Assembly: GCA_951406725.2 (NCBI GenBank)
Contig: OX597821.1
Span: 90,086,001-90,150,000, forward strand
Reading direction: 5' to 3'
DNA length: 64,000 nt
Source: Octopus vulgaris
Lineage: Eukaryota
A program made the position numbers and the translations under genes. The notes under the pieces were generated by a model, which ran no database searches, was not told the origin of the DNA, and was given only the letters and a program-made list of their open reading frames with translations. Shown here piece after piece: positions 10,910 through 25,574 of the stretch (position 1 is the first letter of the stretch; every line of letters starts with the position of its first letter).

Positions 10910-11731
10910 TGATATGTTACCTGTCAATGTAAAATTAAGTGCGCTATTCGAATAAATACACACACGCACACAGACACAGACAGACAGACAAACAGACACA
11001 CACACAGCCATCTTGTGAGAGGAACTCAAAACTTTATGAGTTAGTAGCCTAAGACAATAATCAGAGGTCCACTTGTTTCCATTAAACATAACTCAGTCGC
11101 GATATTTCCAAGTTAAGTTGAAGGTTTTTTCCTTATCACGATTTTAGTTACTGTCAAAAGCATTCTGCTATTTTTCGCAATGCAACAGTTTCATTACAGT
11201 ATCTAAAGCTGATGAAAGCCCAAGTGTTTTGCTAAAACAAAGCATAACAATAAAGATGAAATAAATAAAAGTAAAAACAAAGCCTTTAAAGATTGCCATT
11301 TTGTCATGAAAATACATGGAGTACTCTGTCCAAAACACAGAACTATGCAGCACTTTATATGAGGCCATAAATATCTGTAGTATTAATAATAACCCCTATG
11401 TAAATGCAAGTCCATTGCTAAGAGTTTACTAGTTTAAAAGAAAGGTATTTATAAAGAAAATCGTCCACCCGACTCCACCGAAAATATGAAAGCAACTGTA
11501 AAAAATGCAATAACACAATGAAATCAAAAATAAATATATGAATAGTACAAAATAAAAAAAAAGTGTTAACCCTGGTAACAAAACTGTTTTTGTGTCACAT
11601 AATTAGTGCCAGAACTCTCTTGGTTTCTGTTTTGACTTTTAGTACGTAGCTGTAGATTGATCAAGTGTACACTATTGAACGTTGTAATAACTCTGACATT
11701 TTCCAACTGAAAAGTGAAAGGCTCTGATTAA

Positions 11732-11759
11732 CATCATCGTCATCGTCATCATCATCATC

Positions 11760-11791
<32 letters not shown>

Positions 11792-11822
11792 CATTATCCT
11801 CCTCCTCCTCCTCCTCCTCCTC

Positions 11823-11896
<74 letters not shown>

Positions 11897-11986
11897 GACA
11901 CCATTATTATTGTTTCGGCTGTTATTGTTGTTATAATAATAATAATAATGATAATAATAATTATAATAATACTAATAATAATAGTA

Positions 11987-12054
<68 letters not shown>

Positions 12055-12095
12055 CATTATTATTATTATTATTATCATTATTATTATTATTAATA
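11732..12095. repeat. Compound (CAT)n(CCT)n(ATT)n/(AAT)n microsatellite
   Basis: Direct reading. Confidence 0.95.
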
Positions 12096-12546
12096 TTATA
12101 TCTAAGATTCGAGATGTTTTTGTGGCGTTACAAAACAGAATACATGGTTTAAGTGGTGCTTAGAAATGAACTAAAACTGTGTGGCTTCTTAGAGAGGGAA
12201 ATATTAATGCAAGAAAGAAAAACAACAATAGCAACAACGATATCAATGAAAGAGAAAAAGAATAAAATATAATCAAATCTTCAGACAAACGAAGAAATAT
12301 AAGAAAATGAAAAAGTGAAAATAGAGGAATGTTTTATTTTGTCTTGTTTTTTTTTGTTTATCTGTTTGTCGTTTTGTTTTCTTTTGCATTTCTTTTTGTT
12401 GCCTGGCAAATATGGTTTTACTGTTTTTCTTTTTTGTAGTTCTTGGCATTTGTCTGCTACTTAATTTCCTGTAATTTATCGAGCTATATTTTAAATTGCT
12501 CTGCATCATCGCTTGTAAATACATTCCAGCTTATAGAACAGAGAGC

Positions 12547-12589
<43 letters not shown>

Positions 12590-13941
12590 TGAGAGAATAA
12601 GAGTAAGAGAAAGAAAGAGAAAAGAGAGAAAAAAAAGAAAGAGATAGTGAGAAGATATTTTCTATGGCACTGATTGCGAAGAAGTGTCTGTAAATTCTCA
12701 AGTGTCATAAATAGCCCCAACTTTAACTCTAAGTCTCAAAGCGAGACATTGACTTGCGCGGGTCAATGAACCAGAGTCCGAATAATAAAGCTAGTTTATT
12801 CAAATTAAATAGTCAACAATAAGGATAAAGAAAATAAAAAAGAAAACGGCAAACAGGAAACCACACCAAGCTAACCCAAACCAAGCAACCACCAAAATAT
12901 TTGCGATAGAAAAGAAAATCCAGTATGGTTGTATTGTTGTAGCTTAAAATAAGAAACACATTACATCGTATATCAGAGCTAAATACTTTCTTTTGTGAAG
13001 GAGAAGTTGAGGAGATTCATTCATGGATACAACAATGAATGAGTGTGGCCAGTGTTAAGGTATTATGCTTCCAATTTCAACCTATTGCTGTTAATTTGAC
13101 CTTTGTATTGATAGGAGTGACACTGTATGTTCATGTGATGCCAGCAAGTTGTTGATTATAATAACAGAATTTGTAGTCATAGTAATCATTTGAGAGTAGT
13201 CAAATAAATGTAATCTTAGGATTTCTATTAGGAATTCATATAGTTATGTTGTTTAGCCTTAAGTCAGCTTTCAGCCAACAGAGACCTATAGCCATCCAAT
13301 ATTTGATTGAAACGTAGTTCTTGTAGAGTATCAAATTCAATGAGTCGTTTTTATATAATTTTAGGGAGATTTGGTGGTTATATCTAGCAGTTTGATCGAT
13401 AAAGTCAGAACCTCCTTATTGCCTAATCAATAGATAATTTAGGAAAAGGAAGAATAACATGGTTAAATCACAGTCTATAGATATAAACTAAATAGGCAGT
13501 TTGTAGATATTGACAAGATATACACAGTGTACATATCAAATGGAACAGACTTCAAGTTTCAACCTGAGGCACACTATGTATAGTGAATAAATGACTTGAT
13601 AAACGATATGGTTATATCTGACTAGATAGACACATTACAAAATAGTTGACTGTACAAATATGGAGCATTGTCTTCGATTAAATTGAAACAATGGGTAAAT
13701 GTTGAGAGCATAGATATAATCTGTTGATTGGGAAGGGTTGTACAATCTTTTGATTTTATTCTGTACTAAAATGATGACTATTGAATTTAGTCTAATGGAA
13801 ATGAAAGATGTGGTGGGCATGAACGTGTTCTAAATACAGAAGGAAGTAAAATTCCACAACGTGAAAAGAAACAAATAAGCGAATTACCTTCAGTATTCTA
13901 CTGAATCTGAGGCTTCCTATAATCTTCTATAATAAAAGACA

Positions 13942-14065
13942 AAGCAGTAAGCTGGTAGAATTGCTAGCACGCCGAGTGCTGAGTTCAAATTCCACCGAAG
14001 CCGACTTCATCTTTTCGGTGTCGATAAAATAAGTACAGATGAATACTGGGTTGATGTAATCGAGG
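13942..14065 (+). mobile_element. Degenerate SINE family C
   Basis: AGCTGGTAGAA...TAGCACGCCG...GAGTTCAAATTCCACCGA...TCGATAAAATAAGTAC...CTGGGTTGATGTAATCGA. Confidence 0.75.
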
Positions 14066-14335
14066 TATCTACTTATGGGTACGAGTATAAAATCTGCATC
14101 TCACTGCAAAGCCATGTCAAACCTGTGTCACAAAATAGGCTCATCGAAACTATATGATCTCATGTCTAAATTTAAGACCTCCACAACAGGAGGTGGAGGG
14201 AATATGCTGTGGCCGTTATCCTACAGTGGACTGAACGTGGGAAATCCAACCCAAAGACAAGTTCTCACAATTTAATACAGACAGCTTATGGTTAATTTAA
14301 TCAAATATATTACAAAAATTATATATAATATAGAG

Positions 14336-14402
14336 CCGCTCGGACCGAGAATCAAACTCACGGTCTAGAGATCGTGAGCGCAGCACTCTAACTACAAGGT
14401 AA
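14336..14402 (-). mobile_element. Isolated tRNA-like SINE head
   Basis: Minus strand TAGTTAGAGTGCTGCGCTCACGATC...GAGTTTGATTCTCGGTCCGAGC. Confidence 0.55.
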
Positions 14403-14842
14403 CACACACACACACACACACACACAAACAAACATAAGCACACACACACACATAAAAACTCTATATGGTGTGCTATTCGCTCGCTGCAGGATCAGCAAAA
14501 ATGTAGTCAATCTAGCGAGGGATAAGGATTAGCTACTGATTACTGAGGCCGCTGAATATGCGAGCCTCTTCAAGGTTCATAACTGGAGAGAGCAGTCACT
14601 GGACGGGTTGGCATAAAGTACCATTCATCCGATGAGGTAGGCGTCTTCCAGTTCAATAACAGAAGCTTGCAGAGATGTAGCCATCTTGTACAAATTTCAG
14701 GTTTCACTTTTAAAAGACTGGTGCCATCAATGTGTGATACATTACTGACCTTCAGGCCCCAAATATTGGTTGCAAGTTTTATTATTTCCTTCATCGTTAC
14801 ACGCACGAAAGACGACTTGCCATTGTCGCATCTCCTTATATG

Positions 14843-14878
<36 letters not shown>

Positions 14879-15010
14879 TGTATGTATGTATGTATGTACG
14901 TATGTACGTATGTACGTATGTATGTATGTATGTATATATATATGTGTATATATATCTGTGTTTGTAAATATATACATACATATAAATACATATCCATATA
15001 TACATACACA

Positions 15011-15085
<75 letters not shown>

Positions 15086-15957
15086 ATCGTCAAGCAGATT
15101 AATCGGAACAGTTACCGCATGATAATCTTTTACGAAAGCAAAACTTTAAAGGATTTCTCACCACGATCCATGCATCTTATTATCTTATTGATACATATCT
15201 GCGAAAGTTACACAAACATAAAGGTATATGTATGCATAAATCAAGTACAGCGCGAAGGAGTATGCAGATTTATTCTGCTCCCTTCAGAGACATCCTTGCC
15301 TCATCATAAACTTTTTATTTGCTAACAATATGTGTGTGTTTGTACGTTTATATACGTGTATGTATGTATTTATGATCTTATATATGTATGTACGTATGTA
15401 AGTATGTATGTAGAAGGTATTGGATAAAAAATGCAAAAATCTGCTTGAATCTTTGAAAGGTTATCAAAAATATTCTTCATAATTAAAGTAGGTGAAATTG
15501 TGCTAATTAAACTAAACGAGCAATACTTATTCCATAAGTGAAAAATGAAATACGAACCCACAGCATCACATTGAAACATGGTGTAATTTAGTAATACCAA
15601 TAATTAATCGTTTTAATTACTCGGGAAATCTATAACAGGTTTATTATTAGCTTAATTCCACATCAATTATGCCAAAGGATGTAAAAAATAACAAGTTATC
15701 ATAACTTATGTAAGTTTACATTTCACTTATAAATTGACGCAAAAATGCAGAAAAGATAGTCGAAGAAATCCTTCCATATACTTACGCAATTTGCGCACTC
15801 ACACTTATGAATATATAAATTTAGATATATATGCAAAAAAGTTAAACATTTTTCAATACCGATTATACTTACATACACTCAAATATGCATATCTTTTTAT
15901 ATTATCAGGTTAATATATGCGATCGAACATTCATTCATACATACATACATACATACA

Positions 15958-16022
<65 letters not shown>

Positions 16023-16399
16023 ATCAAAGAAATGACCTTACGCGTGTTTTCATACACGCATACACACTTATAAATATATACTTGAAATTGTTAAATACAC
16101 ACTCACATATGCACATCAATAAGTGCATAAGCATGTGGATATAATATCACATACATTGTGATTTCTGTACACGTGTGAAACGATATCTGAAAATCCCTGT
16201 GAAATCAATAATCGCAATACATTACAAAAATTATGAACATGATAAAAAAAGTTATATTTTTATATTTATATCTCCTATAAATAAAAATGTGATATTTTGG
16301 GGATATACATATGTGTGTGTTTGCTAATGTACGTAGATAAAATTATGTCAAGTTCAAGTTAACCTCAAATATTTGGAGAGGATTTGAAGATAATTTAGA

Positions 16400-17510
16400 A
16401 TTTTTTTTAGCTAAAATGCTACTCTCTCAGAATTTATACCGCAGGTTTCACTCTTTGCGAAAATAATACTTTTCAAAGATGCAGAAGTGACAAGGTTTCT
16501 TCTTCCTATACGAGATTTTGACTTCCCTGCATTGCTATATTTCGAGTGATGAGAAGGAGCAGTCTACAATATTTACCTATGTCAGCAAACAAGAGATATT
16601 CTTGAATTTCGATTGAAAAAATGTATCAATGGATGTAATCTTCTTTAAATGTATTCGCTGTTATTTTCGATGAGCCTTGATAGATTTAGGATTTTTACCG
16701 AACTTTTATACGCGTTTTTACTTACCAAATGATTATTTCCTGTGTCACAGACGTTCATAATAATATAACTTCAATTGATACCCGTCTTCTAAATCACGTT
16801 GCTACAATTGATATACGTTGACAAAAATGGCACACTTGAATACTGTAACTCTACTGTGTTCCTGTTTGTAATAATGTGTTGTTTATACTGGGGAAGAAAA
16901 TTCCAAAGCTTAAGTTAGAAATATCTTAGATACAGCTAACTTCAACTTTATGTTGAAGAGAGGTATAAACCGTGAAACTTTTAAAACATTTTGCTTATTA
17001 TCTCTGTTTTCCATGATTTCTATTAATAAAATATACTTTATCCTTGAAGCGATTCGTAGCAGAAGCAATCATATAATAAACAGAATGATATTCGATATTT
17101 TGTTTTTTGGTAGAAATGCCTGTTAATCTCAACGATGTATTTTTACGTTTGTTTGAATTTTTCTAGAGTTGACAAAAAATTGCCTTGTGTAGTTCAATGA
17201 TTTGCTAGGCACACGGAAATAATAAAAAGTTACTTGCAGAATGATTGCAGCTTAAACTTGCAGATTTATTTCAAAAGTCATATAAGGTTCAAAAGTGTGT
17301 TTCTTGTACTTGTATTCTTTACATGACTATCACTCAAGTCCCAAAATCCATTATCCAACTTTTCTTTTTGGAAATTAAACACACGCCAATAAAATCTGTA
17401 ATCTCAGCAGTGTCTGTAGCATCCACAGTAATATCAAAATATAAATGCTTTCTTTATGAAAGTGAGAATTTTGTAATAGCTAATGAAATTTCAGACTTGT
17501 TAAATAATAT
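16400..17510 (-). mobile_element. Possible highly decayed hAT transposase fossil
   Basis: Minus-strand peptides KHLYFDITVDATD (cf. hAT YFSI.VDETTD) near 17440 and VTSAS near 16480 (cf. PVTSAS.ERSFS), in the expected order. Many stops. Confidence 0.3.
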
Positions 17511-17543
17511 CAAATATCAACTTCGTTAATTTTAATATATATA

Positions 17544-17777
17544 CAGGGTGGTCCAAAAGTAGGTTTACAGTTATTAGGTAGGCTGTTTAAATTTCTTTTA
17601 AAACTTTTTATTACACTTAAATTTCTATCTTACAAACTGAAAAGGGAGCGAGACAAAATTAACTAAATTAGCACAGAATAATGGTTTCATATTATTTTAT
17701 AATTATGATCTAAACTGTTGATATGTGAATGCAAAAAAGATAGTTGAATAACTGTAAACCTACTTTGGGTCACCATG
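17544..17777. mobile_element. Tc1/mariner-type MITE (234 bp)
   Basis: ~32-bp TIRs: CAGGGTGGTCCAAAAGTAGGTTTACAGTTATT on the left, CATGGTGACCCAAAGTAGGTTTACAGTTATT as the reverse complement of the right end. TA on both sides. Confidence 0.88.
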
Positions 17778-20448
17778 TATATATTAATGCTTGTTATAAA
17801 GTTGAATTATAATTTTTTTAAAATACATATTTATGTAGCATAATTAATTATGTCTACTAATAAAGATAATTATTGATGCGTAGTAATTATCAATATGAAA
17901 TCGTGAATATGTAGTTGTTTGGTACATCATTCAAAACAATGGAAGTGTATACCAGTATTTTTGATAAAATTAAAGGGGTATTATTTAATGTTCGTATAAC
18001 TCTATCCTATATACGTCTGCTAATTCTATCTATATCATAAACCATCGGTTTAATAAGTTAAGTAAATGAATTGCAGTAAAATTCTATTCTGGTATCCTTA
18101 AGAGGAAAATCGTTAGATCTCGGCTTTCTGTACGCTCACTAATACTCATTTCCGGTGACATCATGTGTGCCGCTTCTTTGAATTCCTTTAAGATATTGAG
18201 TTTGTATTTGCGAAGTCTTTCGTGATTGCATTATTCAAGAAACTGTGTTACGAAAGTCATCCTGATGATATAGAGGTCACATCTTGTTAGATTATACGTA
18301 AAAATGCTGAATAATTTCAATGCTTTTAATCTTCTAAGGTCGTACGGATCTGGAGTTTTACACGCACTATTATTTCCAACAGTCCACATTCGAGAAGATT
18401 TAGCTGAATATAAACGGTAGATATATAGGTAATTAAACTCAAAATTTGCCATCACAATCTCTTAATGAACGAAAAGATTTTCAGAAATACTTACGTGAAG
18501 TATAATTCATGATGGGAATTGTTATGTATTTGGTTAAACTGTAAATATGTTATATATGTGGAAAACATCATCATTTTATTATTTGTAAAACGTAGAATTA
18601 CATTAAATTAGGTACTCGGTACTAGAGTAAGTTTCGATGATTTACCTGTAAGAATTATGATTATGATTTTGTAATAAATGCATCCATTCATCTTTTCTGT
18701 CCAATATTCCTGGGATATTTGCGGGGTTGAGTCCTCAAGTATCTCCTCTATAGGGTCCTTCAGAAGCAAAAGTCATTAGACTTTCTGGCTGGTTTTCAAA
18801 GTATGAACAACTGCGACTAGGGATAGTATTAAACTATCTAATTGAGTGTTTTATTGAGTGAAGGTTTCCGTAAAATCGATTAACCACTTCAAAAATTAAG
18901 TAGTAGAAGTAACTCTTATCTTAACCAAAGATTTCCGTAAAACTGATACCGTTTTTATTGGCTCCTTCTTTCTTCTTCCATATTTCCTGTGTTCTTCATC
19001 TTTTTCTTTTTCTCACACAGTTTATTGTATTTGAAAATGAAATATTTATGACCCTATTTGCTTTCCGGAGGTGTCTGCGCAAAATATAAACTTTTGTAAA
19101 ACACACTTTATCTTCTCCTTGTTAGAATTCAATGAATAAATTGAATGAATGCACTCTTATTTTTATTCCGTTCGTACAGGCAGCAAATTGGCAGGGTCTT
19201 CAGAGAGCCGGATAGAATTCCACTCATCAGTTGTTCTAAAAAGCTGCGCTCTGTGCTCAGAGGCACCGAGGTTAATTTTTGCCTTTCCTATTGAGGCTGA
19301 TAAAAGAAAAAGTAACAGCAGTGAATTGGCGGCAACCACAAAACAACACACACAAAAAAAGAAAGAAACGGCAGCCCATAGTCTTCATGGGATTTTCTCC
19401 ATCTCTTTGTCTATGTAAGCTGTGACCTGCTCAATTCTGTGACCCCCCCCCCCAATCTAATGCAACCGCTCCACGAAAACTCCACCTCCTTGACCCGTTT
19501 TATCTGACATCCGTGACCTGCACAACGACTTTGCCCACAATCAATGAACTATCATTCGTAGGGACGCTCCGTACTAGCTTGGAGTTCCCAAATGCCATCT
19601 CTGCCTCTGCGTCAAATTACACATATACTGCATCACCCACAGTATCGATCGACGGGGAACATGAACTAACCTATCCTTTCCACCAAGGTATGATTTGCTG
19701 ATTAAATCAACCCCTGCCGCCTGACAATCCAAATAGTTCACGTTACACTTGCCTGCTCCATACTCAAGAGCACAACACTTAACCCTTGTTGCTCATAAGC
19801 ACTACAAACCCATCCATATTGGTAGTCCTACCTAACACTACTAAATCTGATTTTTCCCATAGAAAGGCTATCGGCGTTATGATATTAGCCCTTCACCAAC
19901 CTTCACCAACACTGTCATGTAAGAGGCAAAGGCAATGATTTTGCGTCACTAAATAAACAACACCGTAACCACACAAGACACAGCGGTGACAGTTACCTAC
20001 AGAAAACCTGTCGGTGACCATGGATCTCTGAGCAAAGGGCTTATGCCGTTACCAAACCAATAACACCACATGATAAATTGACCAAACGAGGTTTACCATC
20101 TAGAAGCCATTTTGAATTTGTCTAATTTCATATTACATGATCTCTTGACGAGAGATGTTTTTTCTATGGCCTTACTAAACTTTAAGTTGCATGGAGCAGA
20201 GTTGAAGTATTGTGACACAATACGTATAATTCCAACCAAATGTGTTGAGATCAGCGTTTCTTTCGTTTCGTTTATACATATAGAAATATATATTGATTTA
20301 TCAGAGCTCATAGATTACAGGACATTGTACACGAGAAGAGCATTCTTGAATAAGTTATAATTGAAATTCACCTGTTTCTAATACTCTTTGTTACACGTTT
20401 GGGATTGTGGATTAAGGATAAGTAGTGGAATTTTAGGTTTTGATTAAT

Positions 20449-20856
20449 CTCTTTTTACTCTTTTACTCTTTTACTTGTTTCAGTCATTTGACTGCGGCCA
20501 TGCTGGAGCACCACCTTTAATCGAGCAACTCGACACCGGGACTTATTCTTTTGTAAGCCCAGTACTTATTCTATCGGTCTCTTTTGCCGAACCGCTAAGT
20601 AACGGGGACATAAACACACCAGCATCAGTTGTCAAGCAATGCTAGGGGGACAAACACACAAACACACACACGCATATATATACATATATACGACGGGCTT
20701 CTTTCAGTTTCCGTCTACCAAATCCACTCACAAGGCTTTGGTCGGCCCGAGGCTATAGTAGAAGACACTTGCCCAAGGTGCCACACAGTGGGAACGAACC
20801 CGGAACCATGTGGTTGGTAAACAAGCTACTTACCACACAGCCACTCCTGCGCCTAT
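20449..20856 (-). mobile_element. SINE family B, full length
   Basis: Matches 10499-10909. Short duplication of CCTGCGCCTA at the head end. Confidence 0.93.
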
Positions 20857-21842
20857 CCTGCGCCTAATCGTTTAATAATTTTAGATTGGAACCATGTATT
20901 TTCAAGAAGAAAAAATACGAAGAACGTTATTTGATCTCATAAACAACTCTACATTATGTGAAAAAGTTGAGAACATCTTATCAAGCCAGTTCGCGGGTAC
21001 CATAAACACCTTCTCAGGGAATGCCTGGAACTACGGAATCTTGAACGAAATTAAGCTCAATTCGACACGAAAGTTTATAAACTCTCGTTCTTCTGTCATA
21101 GCGAGCGTACACATACACACACACACTCACAACACGCACGCACACGCACACACACACTCACAACACACATAGACACACACACACACACACACACACACAT
21201 GCATGTGTGCGTGCAGAAAAAGAAATTTGGTAAAAATGTAGAAATTAAATAATTACTTTCCAGTAATAATAATGGACACTTCTACACATAGCCTCACATA
21301 TACACACTTATGGTTATGTTTTTGTACCCATATAGAGAAACTGATGCATAAGCATCAACAAGTCAACACATTCCGACAACAGGTTCTTATACTGAATTAT
21401 GTTATTACATTACATTAAATACAGTTGCGACCGGCTTGTATAGTTATATTCGTAATCTGCTAAACAAGCTTTACGGCTGATATATTTACCATAACAGAAG
21501 AAAAGCAAGAATTTCACGAATAGTTCATGTTTTCATTGTTCCCAACAGCTGCTTCACTAATATAAACATCGTAAAATGCATAATTACATAATTCTGATAT
21601 ATAATTAAATTCAAATAAATTGATTTAAACGTAGAGCTAACATAATTCATCAGGTGTCTTGAGTTAACATAGCATACCTTATGATTTGGATAACACAGTT
21701 TTTAATTTAATTTAAATGAAATATGTAATTATATATTTAATGGTGGTTATCTTAATGAAACAGGTGTTGAGTACAACGAAAGTATGAAATGTTGGTGAAA
21801 CATTTGATCTTCTGCTTTTATGGTCATATATATATGTGTGTT

Positions 21843-21892
<50 letters not shown>

Positions 21893-22456
21893 CATGTAGG
21901 CACACAAACACAAACACGTACATATGTATACATAAAGATATGTATATATACATATATATACATATATACAGGGAAAGGAAAATATATAAAAAGACCGAGA
22001 AGTAGATAAGTGTGTATGTATAAACATGTACATTTGAATATACACAAACATATTCATACATATTACTGACAAATGTGCTAGAACGATATTATTTATTCAA
22101 CCATATGTCTGTACATAGAACGAGGCAAACACATACATATAAATATAGGCTGAAACCTATAATCTACCTTTTAAAACGTGCCGTATGTTTATTCATTATA
22201 ACATCCACGAATACCTTATATTCGTGTTACATGTATGAAGAGGAATAAACATATTTATCAATACCAATACAAACACAAACACACACAGACACAGACACAT
22301 ACATACACATATGCAAACACACACAGACACAGACACATACATACACATATGCAAACACACACATATATTGGCATATCGATATACGTATGTATGTTGGGTG
22401 TGTGTTACGTATGTATGTATGCATGCATGCATATATGTATATATGTATATATATAT

Positions 22457-22700
22457 GGAGGCGCGTGGCTTAGTGGTTAGGGTGTCGGCATCATGATCGC
22501 AAGATTGTGGTTTCGATTCCTGGACCGGGTGACGCGTGGTGTTCTTGAGGAAAACACTTCATTTCACGTTGCTCAAGTCCACTCAGCTGGCAAAAATGAG
22601 TAACGCCGCGTCCCGTCCAGCTGGGGAACACATACGCCATAGAAACCGGGAAACCGGACCCATGAGCCAGGCTAGGCTTTAAAAGGGCGCATTTATTTTT
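22457..22700 (+). mobile_element. tRNA-derived SINE, family D (CORE-like middle)
   Basis: GGAGGCGCGTGGCTTAGTGG (A box), GGTTTCGATTCC (B box), CORE-like TTCTTGAGGAAAACACTT...AAAATGAGTAA, then a GAAACCGGGAAACCGG tail. Confidence 0.85.
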
Positions 22701-22727
22701 TTAAAATTTATTTATTTATATGTGTGT

Positions 22728-23845
22728 GTACAGATTTGGGTTGAAAAGTCTATCGGCCGACTATGAATGATTGATGCTAAAGCTGTGGGATCGTGCAAGC
22801 ATTAACTGTTAAAAAATGACTTCAAAAGTATTGAGTAGCGATTCCTCTTGAAAACAAATATTTGGTATTGTGGTGTTATTACGTACCTGCAGAAAAGTGT
22901 TAAATCTCTAAGGACATTAATACTGACATTCTTGCTATATTAGGAGATAATGGTTCCACTTTATCAAAAAAGTGGAAAAGCGGGCAGCTATATTTAAGAA
23001 CGTAAAAGAAACTCTTGAAGGTGACCAATAGTGTGCACGTACTGCAACATCCACTATCGAGCAAAATATTGATCTTGTCAGTCATACGGTTATGCATAAT
23101 ATATGGTAATCTATCCAAAATCAAAGAGCCAATGCTATTAGCATATCCCGTGAGAAACTTGGAATATGCTACTCAATGATCGTGACAAGACAAAGGTTTC
23201 TGCTCGATGGATGCCACGGTTTCTGACATAGGACCAAACGCGTACCAGGCTCATCATATCACAGGAGAATATTACATCGTTCGAAGCAGATCCATCTGAG
23301 TTCCTTGAACGTTTTCTGACACAGGATGTTGGCCAGTTACAAGGAGAAAATCCATGCCGTTGGATCACGTCCCCTCAACTGCTCCAAAGAAGGCCATGGA
23401 CGTTTTATCTGCAAGGAAAGCGACGGCCTCAGCTTTTTGGGTTGCGAAGGGTATTGTGGCTATTGACTACTTTGGGATGCCAACTTGATGAGGCAGTTAC
23501 GAAAGGTTATCAAGACCAAACACCCAGGGTTCTTGGTTCATCAGGTCAATACTTCAGCACAGAAGTCCTTAGTTTCAATGGATCCTTTGCGTGACAGGGA
23601 ATTTGAAATTGTTGATCATTGCCCCTATTTTCTTGATTTGGCTCAATCTGCTCCCCAACATGAAAAGATACTAGTCTAGGAAAAACTTTCGCAGTGATGA
23701 TGACGTCATATTTGTTGTTGATATCATTTTTGAATACGCGGATAGAAGCGTCTTCACCAACGGGGTGCAGTCTCTGCAACACCGCTGGAAGAAATGTGTG
23801 AACCGCAAGAAGCATTATGCTGAAAAGTAAACTTCATTCCTCACA
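22728..23845 (+). mobile_element. Decayed mariner transposon
   Basis: Fragments KVSARWMPRFLT (WVPHEL motif), FEADPSEFLERFLTQD, DHCPYFLDLA (YSPDL motif) and GVQSLQHRWKKCVNRKKHYAEK*. Stops and frameshifts throughout. Confidence 0.88.
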
Positions 23846-23985
23846 TCTCCTGAGAGTATCTTACCTACCTACGTACCTACCTACCTACCTACCTACCTAC
23901 CTACCTACCTACCTTCCTACTTAGCTACCTTCCTACTTTCCTACATATATACATATATAAATAGCCCTCACACAAACACACACAC

Positions 23986-24028
<43 letters not shown>

Positions 24029-24402
24029 TTCAACTGACTAAAGCCGAAAGACGCCTGTTGTTTTGTCCTGTTATTATTATTGTTATTATTATTATTATTA
24101 TTATTGTTGTTGTTTTTTGTATTTATATTCGTATTATTATTTTGTTTTTTGTATTTATATTCGTGTAACATTGTCCATTTTTCCGTCCTTGTTTCGTATA
24201 CATTCGATCCTTTTTCCAAGTAATCTAATGCTCGTAACTTAGTTTTTCCTTGGGGCTGGCCAGATCGGCGCTATCTCAAGATTAATCAGCCGAAATTGCG
24301 AGGATGATCCGGTTCTTGCCTGAAGATTAGAGGCTTCGAATGACCCGTCCGTATTTTGTATCGTCTATTTGAATGTTTTGCGTTCTTGTCACATTTTGTA
24401 TT

Positions 24403-24434
<32 letters not shown>

Positions 24435-24569
24435 TGATTTTGATTTTTCCAGTTTCAGCTCATGAGCTGTGGCCATGCTGGGGCACAATAATAATAATAA
24501 TAATATTAGGGAATAAATCCAAACTTACAGGGAAAAATTAGATTTAGGATTAAATCTAATATTATAGCA

Positions 24570-24920
24570 TAAATATATTATATTATATTATATTAAATTA
24601 GAGATAAAACCACTATTAGGCAAATCAAACAGTGAAAAACATAAGCCAATACATAAAATTAATTTAAAAATATAAAAGCTAAAAATTAAAAAATTATTAA
24701 AATAATTTAAACTTATAAATTTTAAATATATATATACAAATATATATATATGTATATATGTATATTTTTATATTATTTTGTTTAATAATTAATTAATTAA
24801 TTTATTTATTTATTTATTTATTTATTTTTTTTATGTATTTATTTATTTATTTATTTTTATTTTTTTATTTTTTTATTTTATAAATATCAAAAGTATTAAA
24901 AGTTTAATAAAAGATAAAGA

Positions 24921-24966
<46 letters not shown>

Positions 24967-25121
24967 TTTTATATTATTTTGTTTAATAATTAATTAATTA
25001 ATTTATTTATTTATTTATTAATTAATTTTTTTTATGTATTTATTTATTTATTTATTTTTATTTTTTTATTTTTTTATTTTATAAATATCAAAAGTATTAA
25101 AAGTTTAATAAAAGATAAAGA

Positions 25122-25172
<51 letters not shown>
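24570..25172 (-). repeat. AT-rich dispersed repeat (same family as 8750-9135) with a ~200-bp tandem duplication
   Basis: ~24760-24960 is repeated almost exactly at ~24961-25172. Confidence 0.7.
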
Positions 25173-25177
<5 letters not shown>

Positions 25178-25243
25178 ATTTACATAATATTGAGGCCTCT
25201 TTCTTTCTTTTGTTATCTTACCGTTTTATCAATATATATATAC

Positions 25244-25284
<41 letters not shown>

Positions 25285-25574
25285 AGTAGTTGAAATTTAC
25301 AGAAAAACAAAAGACGAAGACAGATGTATAAACAGCAAACAGGTGTATTAGTTTAACGCTCGGGAAGGTGAGAAAGTCTTTTACATTTCTTCAACAGAAA
25401 GGAACACGAAGAATTATGCAGAAAGAGAATTAAAAAAAACTTTGGGAGCTATCGATAAATCGAATATATTACTAATAACGTAAATGAAAATAAAAACCAG
25501 AAATGCATATAAAAACCTGCTTCACACATTGCATATCGCAATGAAAGAGAGACATAAGACAGACAGTTATATAT

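Noticed and set aside
14480-14835. Possible LINE 3' coding fragment on the minus strand
   Set aside because: Only a vague resemblance to an RTE C-terminus, with no motif I can defend.
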